A DNA stretch of 63,099 nucleotides, filler included, from Dirinaria sp. TL-2023a (lineage: Eukaryota), in the NCBI GenBank assembly GCA_051941275.1. It is 15 parts of 15 records of this genome, joined end to end, with 100 filler letters (N's around TTAATTAATTAA, not from the genome) between each part and the next. Parts side by side here need not be neighbours in the genome. Positions count along the whole stretch, not along the records: positions 8,502 to 12,647 come from JAVEBF010001899.1; positions 12,748 to 16,868 come from JAVEBF010001900.1; positions 16,969 to 21,088 come from JAVEBF010001901.1; positions 21,189 to 25,305 come from JAVEBF010001902.1; 11 more parts are not named here. The stretch is one strand, 5' to 3'. The notes beneath the pieces are model-generated. The model searched no databases, had not been told where the DNA came from, and was given only the letters and a program-made list of their open reading frames with translations. A program made the translations under genes and the position numbers. Positions within the stretch are counted from its first letter, which is position 1. Each line of letters begins with the position of its first letter. Below are positions 11,500-22,950 of this stretch, one piece after another.

Positions 11500-12647
11500 A
11501 TGTCTGTGGCTGGTCCTGAAGCCGCAATGTCTTCTACACAACCAGGTCACGATGAGAACGCTTCCGAAAAGGACCCTAAACCGCAATACCACTCCAATGA
11601 CCTCGAAAGCACCGGCGAGAAGGGCTCTGAGGGTTCAACAGAACTTCATACGCCACCGCGACAGATTCGAGGGATCAAGGTTTGTCTAACGGATCCTACG
11701 TTTAACGAGTTGGCACTGATTTGGACAGTGGCTCATAGTCGTTAGCTCAATTCTCTCTACAACCTTCCTCTTCAGCCTTGACAACACCGTGGTCAGTGGT
11801 TTGGTCCTGTCTTAGTCTAGCCTCTGAAATTAAATTCTCTATTGGACTATGGACGGGGTATCACAACTTTCGAGTCTGATACCTGGACGAATAGGTCGCA
11901 GATATCCAGCCTCAAATCATCAAACGGTTTGACAATATCTCGAAACTGCCATGGCTTGGAGCTGCTTTTGCTTTAGGCTCCGCAGCCAGCATTTTACCAT
12001 GGTTTGGCTCACTGGCAGAAGCAGAAGCTCTGGAAAATTTACTCATCAACGTGCAGGAGCAAGTCTTATGGTGTCTTCAATATCAAATGGCTGTATGTGG
12101 CTACCGTCGTGCTGTTCGAGGCTGGGAGTGCGCTGTGTGGAGCAGCACCTGGCATGAATACCATGATTGTGGGTAGAGCAATTGCGTAAGCCTAGCGTCT
12201 TCGCTTTTCCCTTATACGCAATAAGGAACTAATGGAAAACCCACTCAGTGGCCTAGGGGTGCGTTCTCTGTGAACGATACGTCTAGGATTTGGCATCTAA
12301 CAGAGCCTAGGGCAGTGGAATGTACGTTGGTTGTCTTACTCTGCTTAGCGTTACGACGTCCATTCAAGAGAGACCTATGTATATGGGATTTGTGGGGCTG
12401 GTATGGTGAGTTGCTGCTCTTCGATTATGTTTGATGTACGCTGATCGGGGGCTTTAGGGGCGTTGGCACTGTCTTGGGCCCCGTCGTGAGTTCTTTGATC
12501 ATCGTTCTGAGCATCACTTAATAATGTACAGGTTGGGGGCGGGTTCGCAGACAGTAAAGCTACGTGGCGATGGGCAAGTAGATTGCCTTTCTGAAACCCG
12601 AAAATTACTAATTTCGCCCAATTAGGGGTTTTACATCAACTTGACTA
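11500..12647 (+). CDS. MFS DHA2-type (AflT-like) efflux transporter, 3' truncated
   Basis: FLFSLDNTV-ADIQP, LFEAGSALCGAAP..IVGRAIA, GTVLGP and TWRW-GFYIN across many short introns, including a GC-AG intron at 12574-12625. Confidence 0.9.
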
Positions 12648-12894
12648 NNNNNNNNNNNNNNNNNNNNNNNNNNNNNNNNNNNNNNNNNNNNTTAATTAAT
12701 TAANNNNNNNNNNNNNNNNNNNNNNNNNNNNNNNNNNNNNNNNNNNNCCCCCAAAGTCGAGTCCTTACTAATACCCGCCAATTCCCCAGGCATCATTTTT
12801 TACTTCTTGCTCTTCCTTTCTCTTCCATTCACCTTCTTCCATCGAATAATATCGCATCGTAAACCCAGAGTAACACACAAGACAACCATTTTAG

Positions 12895-12909
12895 ATGGCT
12901 GCCTTGTGA
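12895..12909 (+). promoter_or_regulatory. uORF1 of cpcA (MAAL*)
   Basis: ATG GCT GCC TTG TGA in the pyrimidine-rich leader; fits the GCN4/cpc-1 short uORF1 architecture. Confidence 0.8.
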
Positions 12910-13137
12910 TTGCTCTCTTCTTAAATCACACAAGCCCGATCTTGCTCTCCCCGCCAAGATACTTCCCCCAAATCTACCAGCAAACAACCACTCCACTCCA
13001 CTCTTCTTCACTTCAGATCTTCCTTCCCAGGAATATCTGACACAGAGCTCCGCTTCAAGCACCCGCTCCAGTTCCAGCTTCACAGCAACCATTCCGCCCT
13101 ACGACTCATCGTCGTTCGTCACGGATCTTCCACAGAC

Positions 13138-13299
13138 ATGGCTTACCCAACCCAATCCAACGCGGCTTCCCACGCCTGCCTCGACCGCTCAACCTACTAC
13201 GACAACCCCGGACTCGGCTACAGACTTCGTTCTCTTCCCATCCTCGTCGGCGCACAATCCCTCCGAGCGCGCGCCGGCGACGTCTCGTACCGACCGTAA
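13138..13299 (+). promoter_or_regulatory. uORF2 of cpcA (53 codons, MAYPTQ...LRSLP...YRP*)
   Basis: Out-of-frame AUG ORF ending before the main AUG. The LRSLP stretch overlaps main-frame DFVLF, as in cpc-1/cpcA leaders. Confidence 0.85.
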
Positions 13300-13387
13300 C
13301 TTCTCGCCTGGTTCGGCCTTCACTGGTCAGCATCTAGGGCAATCTTGTCGACGAAACTCGACTCAGCCAAGCAACTCTGCGTCACCC

Positions 13388-14359
13388 ATGTCCGAGCGAC
13401 GAGTGAGCAACCAGTTTCAAAGAAGTTCTTCGGTCACATCGTCAAACGGTATTCATTCCGGCCTGCACTCACTTAATCGACCTCCCGTCCCCCTGTTCGC
13501 AAACAATAGCCCCAGCAGTATAAATCAGCTCCCTCAAAAGCCAACTCTGTCCGCTGCAGACCCGCAAGGTAAATTAAAAGATTATTCAAATCCATCCCCA
13601 GAACTAACAACCCACCTAGTCATGGATTATTACCTCGATCATTCGCAGATGGACTGCTCTCCTAGCTTCGCTCAACATTCCGACTACGACCACGCTCATG
13701 AGCAAGACATTGTATCTCCCGGATTCAACGTCCTCAACTACAAGTCAGCACTCATTCCAAACAGCAACTCGTTTGAAACCATTTCGACAGTGTCACCTAC
13801 CGAGATCATGTCTGCCCCCCCTTCAGCAGTCACGACAAATTTGACCACTCCTGACTTCGGCTTCGACGATTCTCCCTTTGGAGCATTCAGCACTGACACC
13901 TCTCCCGTGTGGATCAATGACGATGCTACGCTTCCTCAATCTGATTTGGGCGTTGATAATGGGGTATTGTTTCCGGATCTGCCAAGTCTCGGTGATACTT
14001 TTGCTCAAGCGCATGCTCAATCAACTGGTCAGAGCCCAACGCCAACATCGCCTGCTCGTCCTGTCGCACCGCCAATGTCTCGCAAAGCCTCATCGACGAA
14101 AATGTCGCGGGACTCCAATTTGTCGTCAACATCCGGCATCACCAAGCGAAAGTCTCGGACAGAGCCTTTACCACCTATCGTTGTTGAAGACCCTAACGAT
14201 ACCGTTGCCGTGAAGCGTGCCCGAAACACTGCCGCCGCTCGCAAGTCCCGAAAGAAACGTGAGCAGCACATGAACGACCTCGAGGCTGAAAATGAGAAGC
14301 TGAAGGAGGAAGTTGAATACTGGAAGAATCAAGCCATCTCCAAGCAGCCGGGTGCTTAA
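13388..14359 (+). CDS. cpcA: Cross-pathway control bZIP transcription factor (GCN4/cpc-1 homolog)
   Basis: TVSPTEIMSAPPS..TNLTTP, LFPDL and PLPPIVVEDPNDTVAVKRARNTAAARKSR plus zipper. Intron 13569-13619. Main AUG could instead be 13622. Confidence 0.93.
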   Translation: MSERRVSNQFQRSSSVTSSNGIHSGLHSLNRPPVPLFANNSPSSINQLPQKPTLSAADPQGKLKDYSNPSPELTTHLVMDYYLDHSQMDCSPSFAQHSDYDHAHEQDIVSPGFNVLNYKSALIPNSNSFETISTVSPTEIMSAPPSAVTTNLTTPDFGFDDSPFGAFSTDTSPVWINDDATLPQSDLGVDNGVLFPDLPSLGDTFAQAHAQSTGQSPTPTSPARPVAPPMSRKASSTKMSRDSNLSSTSGITKRKSRTEPLPPIVVEDPNDTVAVKRARNTAAARKSRKKREQHMNDLEAENEKLKEEVEYWKNQAISKQPGA

Positions 14360-15008
14360 GCGCTCTGTTCGAACAACGACCGTGTCGTACCTACTATTGT
14401 CATTCACTTGGATCGGGGTTGGGGTCACCACGGTTCCCTGGATCAGCAACTAAGTCTTTGTGGTGGGACACTAAGATGCCTGAGGTTGCTGTTCGAGGAA
14501 CCGGGAAACAGATTTTGAAGAGAGACTTTCCTTGCCCATTTCCTGCTATCCGTATGTTCTTTTGTTTTCCTTTTGATGGATGATGGTGCTGCACGCTGGA
14601 AGGAGCACATGTACACTAATGCTCCGGTGGATCGAAAAAGGCTGGATTTCCTATGTGTTATGATGATGCCGGTTCTGATGTCGCACTGTGGTGGGCTTGA
14701 CCCCTGCAGTGCTTGACTCGTGGCTATGATGATGTTGTCAATTTATTGCATGGTTGCATGCGCTGGCTGGCTGCCTTTTGCTTGAGATTTAGTTAGAACA
14801 CACGAATAGAATCACAGGTCTCTCTTTAAATGTTTTCCAGTGCTCAAACAACTCCTAATAGCGAAATGAGTGCTGTAACCTACCTACAAGTACGGATCGA
14901 TACCTACTTGGGTAAGATTTGCCGATATCTCCTATTACATAAGGTAATGAGACAATTTTTAAGCGGGGCACACTAAAAGTCACGTGATAGCCCGACTCAA
15001 ACCCCCAT

Positions 15009-15018
15009 CGCGTCGCGT
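15009..15018. promoter_or_regulatory. Tandem MCB-like (CGCGT x2) elements upstream of RAD51
   Basis: CGCGTCGCGT about 170 bp upstream of the ATG; MCB elements are established in fungal RAD51 promoters. Confidence 0.55.
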
Positions 15019-15184
15019 AACCCGGACTCGAAACCCTCAACCCCAGTTCTCGCCAGTCGCCACCCATCACATTTCCTAATTCCCGAGAACGTCCCCAGCT
15101 ATTTGCCAAAGGTGTCTCTTTGGGTATCACAAGCCTTTGCCCCACCTCTTACACAGCGTGCGATCCAAACGCTCAAAGCCCACA

Positions 15185-16497
15185 ATGAGTGCCGCCGAAG
15201 CGGAGGAAACGCAATCCGCCTTCGGCGATGGCGGGGGGCTTCCCGGTGCGCCAACGCCACTGTCGGTATTAGAGGTATATCTAAGCCAGTCTATATCTTG
15301 TTTAAATTGGTGCTCAACGTATTATGGCTAGGGGGTTGCGGGGCTGTCAGCACGGGATATCAAGCTGGTCGTCGATGGAGGGTTTAATACCATTGAATCG
15401 GTGGCTTATACGTGAGTTCTCTCTCTTTGAAAGTGGAGAGAGGGGGGGACGGAGCGAGTGCTGGTTTTAGCTGCGTGATATATGTATTGATTGATTGATA
15501 ATTGGGATTTAGACCACGAAGAGTCCTGGAGCAGATCAAGGGGATTTCGGAACAGAAAGCGACGAAGATCCTTGCTGAAGGTATGTGTATACAACCTCTC
15601 TACATATCTCCCCCCCCTCTCACCTCTCTCTAAATCCCTTCTTTCCCACCAACCATGCTAACCCCGGACCACCTTTCTTTCCCAGCCTCAAAACTCGTAC
15701 CCATGGGCTTCACGACCGCCACAGAAATGCACCAACGGCGAAGCGAACTAATCTCCATAACCACGGGCTCGAAACAACTCGACACCTTACTCGCAGGCGG
15801 CATCGAAACGGGCTCCGTAACCGAAATCTTCGGCGAATTCCGCACCGGCAAATCGCAGATCTGCCACACACTCGCAGTCACCTGCCAGCTCCCCTTCGAC
15901 ATGGGCGGCGGCGAGGGAAAATGCCTATACATCGACACAGAAGGCACATTCCGCCCCGTGCGCCTGCTGAGCGTCGCAAACCGGTACGGCCTGTCCGGCG
16001 AAGAAGTCCTCGACAACGTGGCGTACGCGCGCGCCTACAACTCCGACCACCAACTCCAGCTCCTGCAACAGGCATCCGCAATGATGTGCGAAACCCGCTT
16101 CTCTTTACTGGTCGTCGACAGCGCGACCTCGCTCTACAGAACCGATTTCAGCGGGCGGGGCGAACTCTCCTCGCGACAAACGCATCTCGCGAAATTCATG
16201 CGCACGCTGCAGCGCCTGGCCGATGAGTTCGGCATCGCGGTCGTGATCACGAATCAGGTGGTTGCGCAGGTCGATGGCGGGCCGAGCGCGATGTTTAATC
16301 CAGACCCTAAGAAACCGATCGGAGGGAATATTATTGCGCATGCGAGCACGACGCGACTGAGTCTTAAGAAGGGGAGGGCGGAGACGCGGGTGTGTCGCAT
16401 TTATGATAGTCCTTGTTTGCCGGAGAGTGATTGCCTGTTTGCGATTACGGAGGCGGGGATCGGGGATCCGGCGCCGAAGGATTTGGAGAAGGAGTAG
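15185..16497 (+). CDS. RAD51: DNA repair recombinase Rad51
   Basis: Exons 15185-15274, 15332-15411, 15513-15580 and 15686-16497. Motifs [26 protein letters not shown] and [13 protein letters not shown]. Confidence 0.98.
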
Positions 16498-16693
16498 ATA
16501 ATAGATAATAATAAGGGAAGGTGGTGAGTATTGCATGTGGCATTTTCTTTGCGGCGGCGCCAGGGTGGAGCTTTGTTTGTACAGTACAGTGCTGAGGATT
16601 TTTGAAATACCTCCTTTTTTGGAGGTAGGAAGCAAAGGAGAAAAAGAGTGAGATCAAATTCTTTTGCTGCTACTTGTTCCTCGTGGTATTTAT

Positions 16694-16868
16694 TCACTTA
16701 TCTCCCTCCCCCACTGCCTCCTCTAGCTCCTCCTCCCCATCGATATCCATCTCCGTCTCCTCGTCTTCGCCCGCACCATCGAGCCCAAACCTCCAGCGCC
16801 CACTCTCGAGCACACTCCTGCGATCCAACTCGGCCTGGTACGCGGCCCGGACGTCCTTGATCGTGACC
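16694..16868 (-). CDS. 3' end of an unidentified gene convergent with RAD51
   Basis: Open GC-rich frame VTIKDVRAAYQAELDRRSVLESGRWRFG..acidic tail..GDK*, cut by the contig end. Confidence 0.65.
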
Positions 16869-16968
16869 NNNNNNNNNNNNNNNNNNNNNNNNNNNNNNNN
16901 NNNNNNNNNNNNTTAATTAATTAANNNNNNNNNNNNNNNNNNNNNNNNNNNNNNNNNNNNNNNNNNNN

Positions 16969-18530
16969 ACATTAATCCACCTTCAAGAGCGTATGAGTTG
17001 GTCGATGCCGTCGTTATTTCTTATATCTTTGCTATTCTTGCCGTATCGACACGCGTGTTTACAAAGTTTCGGATAACACATGCGCCGGGATGGGATGATC
17101 GTGAGCTTCAAATGATAGCCACTACCTGGGACGCTTCTGATTCCTCCTAGTCTGCTCGGTCCTCGCTCTCTGCTTTGCGACGGTGAGAGTTGGCTGTACT
17201 TTCAAATGTAAGTCTTCCCCTCGGCGTAGTTGATACAATCGTGTATGGATTGAATTGAAAATGCATAGCAATCGACATGGGATTCGGGCGACATATATGG
17301 GACGTTGAACCCAAAAACTTCAACCCCCAAATCGTAAATTGTCCGCTCCACACGCTTGTAGACAATTCTGATCCCTGTCCCACCAGTTCGTCGCGATCGA
17401 TCTAATAGCGTACGTCCTCGGAATCGCGTTCGGCAAACTCGCCGTGCTCTTCCTTCTCTACCGTATCTTCTACATCAATCAATGGTTCCGATGGGTGTGT
17501 TTTGCTCTTGGCCCGATCACTTTTTTGTGGTCGTTTATTACCGCCTTCCTTCATATGTTTCGCTGTCGGCCTTTTATGGCCGGCTGGGGCACCTCGTACA
17601 TATTGAAACATCCCAATGGATACAAGTGTCTGGATAGAATTCTTGTCATCACGGTTTTTTGATGATACAACATCATCTCGGATTTCACACTCCTTTTTCT
17701 ACCCATGCCGATGTTGTGGCGCTTGCACTTGTCGCTGCAAAGGAAACTGGGTTTGGGTGTTGTGTTCGCTACGGGAGGCTTGTGAGTCTTGGAAGAGTCG
17801 CTCAAAACTCGATGACTCATGTCTAACTTTCACAGCATCTGTGCCCTAGGCCTCTTTCGACAGATGATATTATATCGACACAACGCGAGTGGTGCTAACG
17901 AAACCGATGATACTTGGTCGGAGATTCCTAACTATATTTGGTTGTAAGTAGCTGTCCTGTGCTCCACTTTAAGTCATACGAGTTAACTTGCTCTGACCTT
18001 GCCCAGTAATCTAGAGTTGAATATCGGAATCCTCTGCGGCTGTCTTGTAAGTGCTTTCAATCATTCGATTCAGACCGTCCACGCTCACATAGCAAAAGCC
18101 CATCCTTCATCCATTGCTGCGTCGCATTCCTCTCCTCAAAAAGCATCTCCCGTCCTCTTTCCGCTCACTCTTCAGCTCCCGCACCCGTATCGGAGATGGG
18201 ACCGGTCGATCCGGCCGGTCCAAAAAGTCGTCCCAGAAGTCGACAGAGCCGGGCAACAAAGACATCGAGCTGGCTGAGGAGGGTAGAGCGATCGGCAAGA
18301 AGAAGTCGCAGGATTCGGGCGAAGAGACGCTGATCGACTCGTATCCGAATAAATATTTTGGGCCAGGGAAGATATTGAGGACGGACCAGTTCGCTGTGAA
18401 AAATGAGGCTGCTGAGGAGGTAGAGAGACCGAACAGAGGACAGAGAGATTCCCCGTTGGTATATCAAGGTTTAGGGACGTACCAGAGCTCAACCCGAATC
18501 CCCTCGTCTCGTGTATCATTAGGTGAATAG
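16969..18530 (+). pseudogene. PTH11-like/rhodopsin-domain membrane protein with in-frame TGA-TGA
   Basis: RVFTK..GWDD, GFGRHIWDV, KLAVLFLLYRIF, NIISDFTLLFLPMPMLWRLHL and ELNIGILCGCL; two stops at 17660-17665. Confidence 0.75.
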
Positions 18531-19321
18531 CGGGAGTGCTATACCTCAGGCAAAAATAAAAGTAGACGCTCGCGTGACTTGTGAAATAAAATCTCACTTC
18601 ACCGTTGCCGTCTAATGCATGTATCTTTCGGCGGTGGGATTAGCCAAGCTGTTAATTTGGGCCCCCCTTACCCATTATTCGATAGGTTATCCGCTGAGAT
18701 ATCCTCGCAATCCAAGTACGAAAATTAATAGTTTGAGGAAGTAAAGAATTCAATGCATTGTTCGAGTGTCGTCAGCCACAGACTTTGAGCTGGCAATTAC
18801 AGTAGATCATCAAAGGAAATTGAGCTCTTCGACATTCCATCAGAACGAAGAGAAGAGAGAGAGACTTAGCTTTGACCCCCACTGTCGTCTCATCACCCTC
18901 CCCACTACTCGTCTTAACTTAGTAATACATCCGACCCCTTTCCTGCCTCTGATGTAAGTGTTTCCATTTTGTCTGCTCGGATAGAATGATAGAACGGACT
19001 GACGATGGATTGATTCACCATCGTAGTGCCACCGTCAGATAGGCAAATCGTGTTTAAGATGACTTGGAGATGAGAAAAATGAGGGATTCTCGTATTTAAA
19101 AATACCCCGGGTCAAACCCGTGAGCTTCGACAATTCCATTAACACTCCTTATGCATGGATTAAATGAGCGATATTAGTCTCGAAATTACTCCTCCTCCAT
19201 CTGAACCACCGTGTCGATCATCAGCGCACTCTCAACCCTTTTGCAATGACAGCACCATAGTTTGCGACAATGTTTCCCTCTGTGTCTCTCTTATCCCACC
19301 TTCAATATCCTCTCCCTGAAT

Positions 19322-19759
19322 CTACGGCAGATTCTGCGGCGCATAGCTCTGATCCGGAGTCACGACCTTCCCATTGACCAGCTGCGTGTCGGTGTAAGCC
19401 GGGTAAACAATGACCTTCCCATTCGTGACCGCCAAAGTCTGAAACCCTTTCCCAGCTCCAAACTGTCCGCTCCAGCTGCTACTGATCGTATACACCCCAC
19501 ATTTCACGTTGTTGTAGCTGGCGCGGGAAGCTGGATTGCCTGTCGCAGTGTAGGAGCATGGCGTCGGGGTGCCGACATGGGTGTCGATGGTGTAGGAGTA
19601 TTTGCAGGAGGTGTTGGCTGTGTTGCAGGTGCGGACGAAGGATTTGATGGTCCACTGGGGAGTTGCGGCTGCGACCATGGATTTGTCGGCTGCGGGGGCA
19701 GGGGCAGCGAAGGCGGGCAGGGCCGAAAGGGCAGCGAGGAGTAAGGGTTGGAAATGCAT
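19322..19759 (-). CDS. Small secreted cysteine-containing protein (145 aa)
   Basis: Signal peptide MHFQPLLLAALSALPAFA, 4 Cys, WTIKSFVRTC..C.YSYTID and VYPAYTD motifs; strong codon bias; intronless. Confidence 0.85.
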   Translation of the reverse strand: MHFQPLLLAALSALPAFAAPAPAADKSMVAAATPQWTIKSFVRTCNTANTSCKYSYTIDTHVGTPTPCSYTATGNPASRASYNNVKCGVYTISSSWSGQFGAGKGFQTLAVTNGKVIVYPAYTDTQLVNGKVVTPDQSYAPQNLP

Positions 19760-20240
19760 GGTGTTGATGTTTGAGAGATGTTGGGAATGTGCTGAGGGGG
19801 TTCGATGTATTGATGCCAAGGCCGATGGTGAGGATCGATGCTGTGTGATTTCAATTTTGCGATGGGCTGGCCGTTGTTCTTATATCTTCATGACGCGCAA
19901 GGGCGAGTGTACCATCTCCACCTTGCGCTCGGAGCCGAGAGATGCTGTGCTTTGACATGGCTGGAATGTAACTTGGCTTCATGAGGTTCTATGAATAAAG
20001 CCTTCGATGGCACCTCTCCAGAGCGATGTAGGATAGTTCACGAGCTTCGCCGGGCTGCACAGACTCTGTCACGTTCAAGCTGGCTGCGGCTGCAATGCGA
20101 GCTCTTCCGACCAGGATCTGGGGTAGGAGGCGCATCTTTGCCCTGATGGGGGAGTGTGACTGATACGAGATGGATGACTTCGTATAGAACAGTCTATTTT
20201 GGCGGATGTAGCGGATCTATCGCATAGTGGAGTGTAGTAT

Positions 20241-20307
20241 ACCTGATGTGTCTGATATCCCTGGTGTACCTGATGTAACTGAAGTACCTGATGTAACTGA
20301 AGTACCT
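20241..20307. repeat. 9/18-bp minisatellite (ACCTGATGT/AACTGAAGT)
   Basis: About 7 degenerate 9-bp units, including two exact 18-bp copies. Confidence 0.75.
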
Positions 20308-21939
20308 CGAGGATGAGGGGAAAACCAGCTTGCAGGACATGTTGGTGAATACGAAGGAATCCGTACCTGGACTTTCCCCTAAGCAGCAGTTCTATACGAG
20401 CCTTGGCGTCCAACACGAACGGGGCTTGGCGCGCTTGGCTCGATCAAGTAAGAGCCCCTTTTGGTTCCTGCAGCGACCGTTGGCGGGCTTGAAAATGGAA
20501 AAGGCAACATGACCTAGTGGGCAACCGTGACATGCTCAGGTGCCACTGTCCTCACCTATTCGTGGCAAAAGTTGGTTTCTTCGTACACAAGAGAGGGAAA
20601 GGAAATATTGGTCCATCCAATCCGGGTTCCCATTCTCGCTCTTGGGCTCGGTCAATTTCAGCACGGACGTTTCGTTTACTACTGGTTGACGGGCATGTGC
20701 AACGATTTTTGAAGCTAATCTATTGTCCACCGTTGATGAAGAAGAGAAAAGGATGAGAACATATTGATCCCATGATCCATGCGATTGAATTCTCCTGGCT
20801 CCATTCCAAGCTACCCTGCAACAGTTTCATGCTCATCATTCCCTGAATCCATTAACTCCACTCAGTCTGCATATTCCCCACATTCACCATTACACTAAAT
20901 GCAGCTCTGAAAAGGATATTCACTCCACGAACATGACCAACAGAAGCACAGCAGACTCACGGGCCCCTATCATGACTGAATTGCGAACCTCGTATGTACA
21001 CGGCCACCCTAAATGCCGGGCTTGCTAAATGCGGCTGAATTCGCAGGCCAGTTACCAAGCTGGCCAGGGTCACCGCCAATTCGGACCCNNNNNNNNNNNN
21101 NNNNNNNNNNNNNNNNNNNNNNNNNNNNNNNNTTAATTAATTAANNNNNNNNNNNNNNNNNNNNNNNNNNNNNNNNNNNNNNNNNNNNGTTAAAATGTTC
21201 CGAATGAGTAATTCCTTTTGTAGGGAATGTATGGTGGAGGTTTCCGAGGCTCGACGGATATACGAATCGGCTTTTGTTGAGTAGCGGAGTTCTTCAACAA
21301 AGTGACAGCTCGTAGAACGATCCAGGTGCATTCTTATTACAAATCTATGACTTTTTCTCGAGCTTGGATAGAACCGCTGACTTGGGAGGCGTTGTAGGAA
21401 TTACACGTACGCATGATGACTGCATACAATCAGCTGGGGTTTAACATCAGCATTATCCAGGAATGTTTCATTGGAAGGCCCTCATCCGCACACTTTGACT
21501 TTTTGGCCATATTGAGAGTTTTGGTACCTTCTTCCCCTTGTTAGATTCGCTTGAAGTGGATATCTGTGTTTTTATCTCGATCTACTAAGTAGATTTTCTC
21601 TCTCTTCAGTAAAAGCTTCCAGTTAATGAGAAAGTTTGGCCTACCAACAGTTTTTGTCTCGTAGCTGGTCACAGGGTGACCAGCGGCTCTAACACAACCG
21701 GAATAAGAGAGGCAAGAACCATTGTCCGTGCTTCTCCTATTGGGGAAGAATCATCAACTCAAGCTTGAATTGAAAAATTGGTATATCCCGCACCAGAACA
21801 AGTAAAGCAGGATGCAAAGTCTAAAGCTGCAAATTTCGTAAGCTTGGCTCATACTCTTTCTAAATCCTTGTACTTCGAAGTTCATCCTGGTACCCGCATA
21901 ACGTTCCGTAACGGACAGAGAGACTCCATGCCCCCAACA

Positions 21940-22950
21940 TCATTGCGTTAATCGATCTCGACAGGGTACGAATTCATAAATGAAATCCGATCCTACTAGC
22001 TCCTGTCTCCTCCGTAAGTCTCCCTCCATCTCCTTCCTCTCTTCCGCAGACATCTCGTGGCTGTGGTTGCCGACAGGAAGTTCTGATGTTTTCGCCTCCG
22101 CCGACAGCTCAAAGATCGCATTTTTGCTTTTTCTTTCTCCTACGTCTATCCCCGTAGCGTTGCGGTGTATGGATCTTCGTTTTCGCCAAAACACTACACC
22201 AAGAATGCAGAATGCGACGATGGCGAGAGGGATTGCAATTCCGACGCCGATCTTTGAATTGGAGTTGAGACCTGAAGGAGATGATATCGTGGCCGAAGCT
22301 GAAGTTGCGGAAGCAGAGGCTGATTCCGGCCGAACAGGAATTGCAGGATTGATGAGGGACATCAATACCCTACTAGATGCATCGGGGTTCCGATATAAAG
22401 AGTTATTCGGGACGAGTAGAGCGGCTGCAAAGATATCTACTCGATCCGAAGGTATATATAAAAGAGCAAGTGTGGTGATGTAGTTCAACTGTGCTCCTGT
22501 GTCGTAAGCTCGGAGGCATTTCATGACGACCATTTCCATATCAATTATCAAGCCGTACGCAACTGCAGAAGGAAGATACTTGAAAATTTGTCGTTGTGAT
22601 AGGGTGTTGGCCACTACAAATGGATAATTGAGAGCCTTTGAAAACCCGACCTGCACTGTTGTGGTGTTTGGAGGTTGATCTGGCTTACCACCAGAAGGCA
22701 CAATCACCCCCGGTAAAGGAGAAAGTAGTGGGTCTGGTCGAGTCACGTGAAAAGTCTCCGTTGGACTGACAATAATTCGGCTGCCTGGATGCTTGGAGAC
22801 CATGACGGAAACCGTGGTTGTTATGATTCCGTCGGTGAAAAATAGAGAAGACGTTGATCCTTGCGTCCTTTGGAAGCTGTTGGCCATCATTACACTGCAC
22901 AAGAATAGTAGAGAGCATAAAATGGAAACTTTGAATTGAGCTGCCAACAC
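21940..22950 (-). CDS. Single-pass membrane protein with an Msb2/Hkr1 homology domain (start uncertain)
   Basis: QVGFSKALNYPFVV..QIFKYLP..YITTLALLYIP..LY.NPD..LMSLINPAIP, TM segment IGVGIAIPLAIVAFCILGVVFW-RKRR, and a FEL/EL/EM-rich tail. Confidence 0.75.
   Translation of the reverse strand: MLAAQFKVSILCSLLFLCSVMMANSFQRTQGSTSSLFFTDGIITTTVSVMVSKHPGSRIIVSPTETFHVTRPDPLLSPLPGVIVPSGGKPDQPPNTTTVQVGFSKALNYPFVVANTLSQRQIFKYLPSAVAYGLIIDMEMVVMKCLRAYDTGAQLNYITTLALLYIPSDRVDIFAAALLVPNNSLYRNPDASSRVLMSLINPAIPVRPESASASATSASATISSPSGLNSNSKIGVGIAIPLAIVAFCILGVVFWRKRRSIHRNATGIDVGERKSKNAIFELSAEAKTSELPVGNHSHEMSAEERKEMEGDLRRRQELVGSDFIYEFVPCRDRLTQ

Noticed and set aside
15585..16697. Long overlapping and antisense ORFs over RAD51 (likewise over GLO1 and the GPI gene)
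   Set aside because: Shadow ORFs caused by high GC3.
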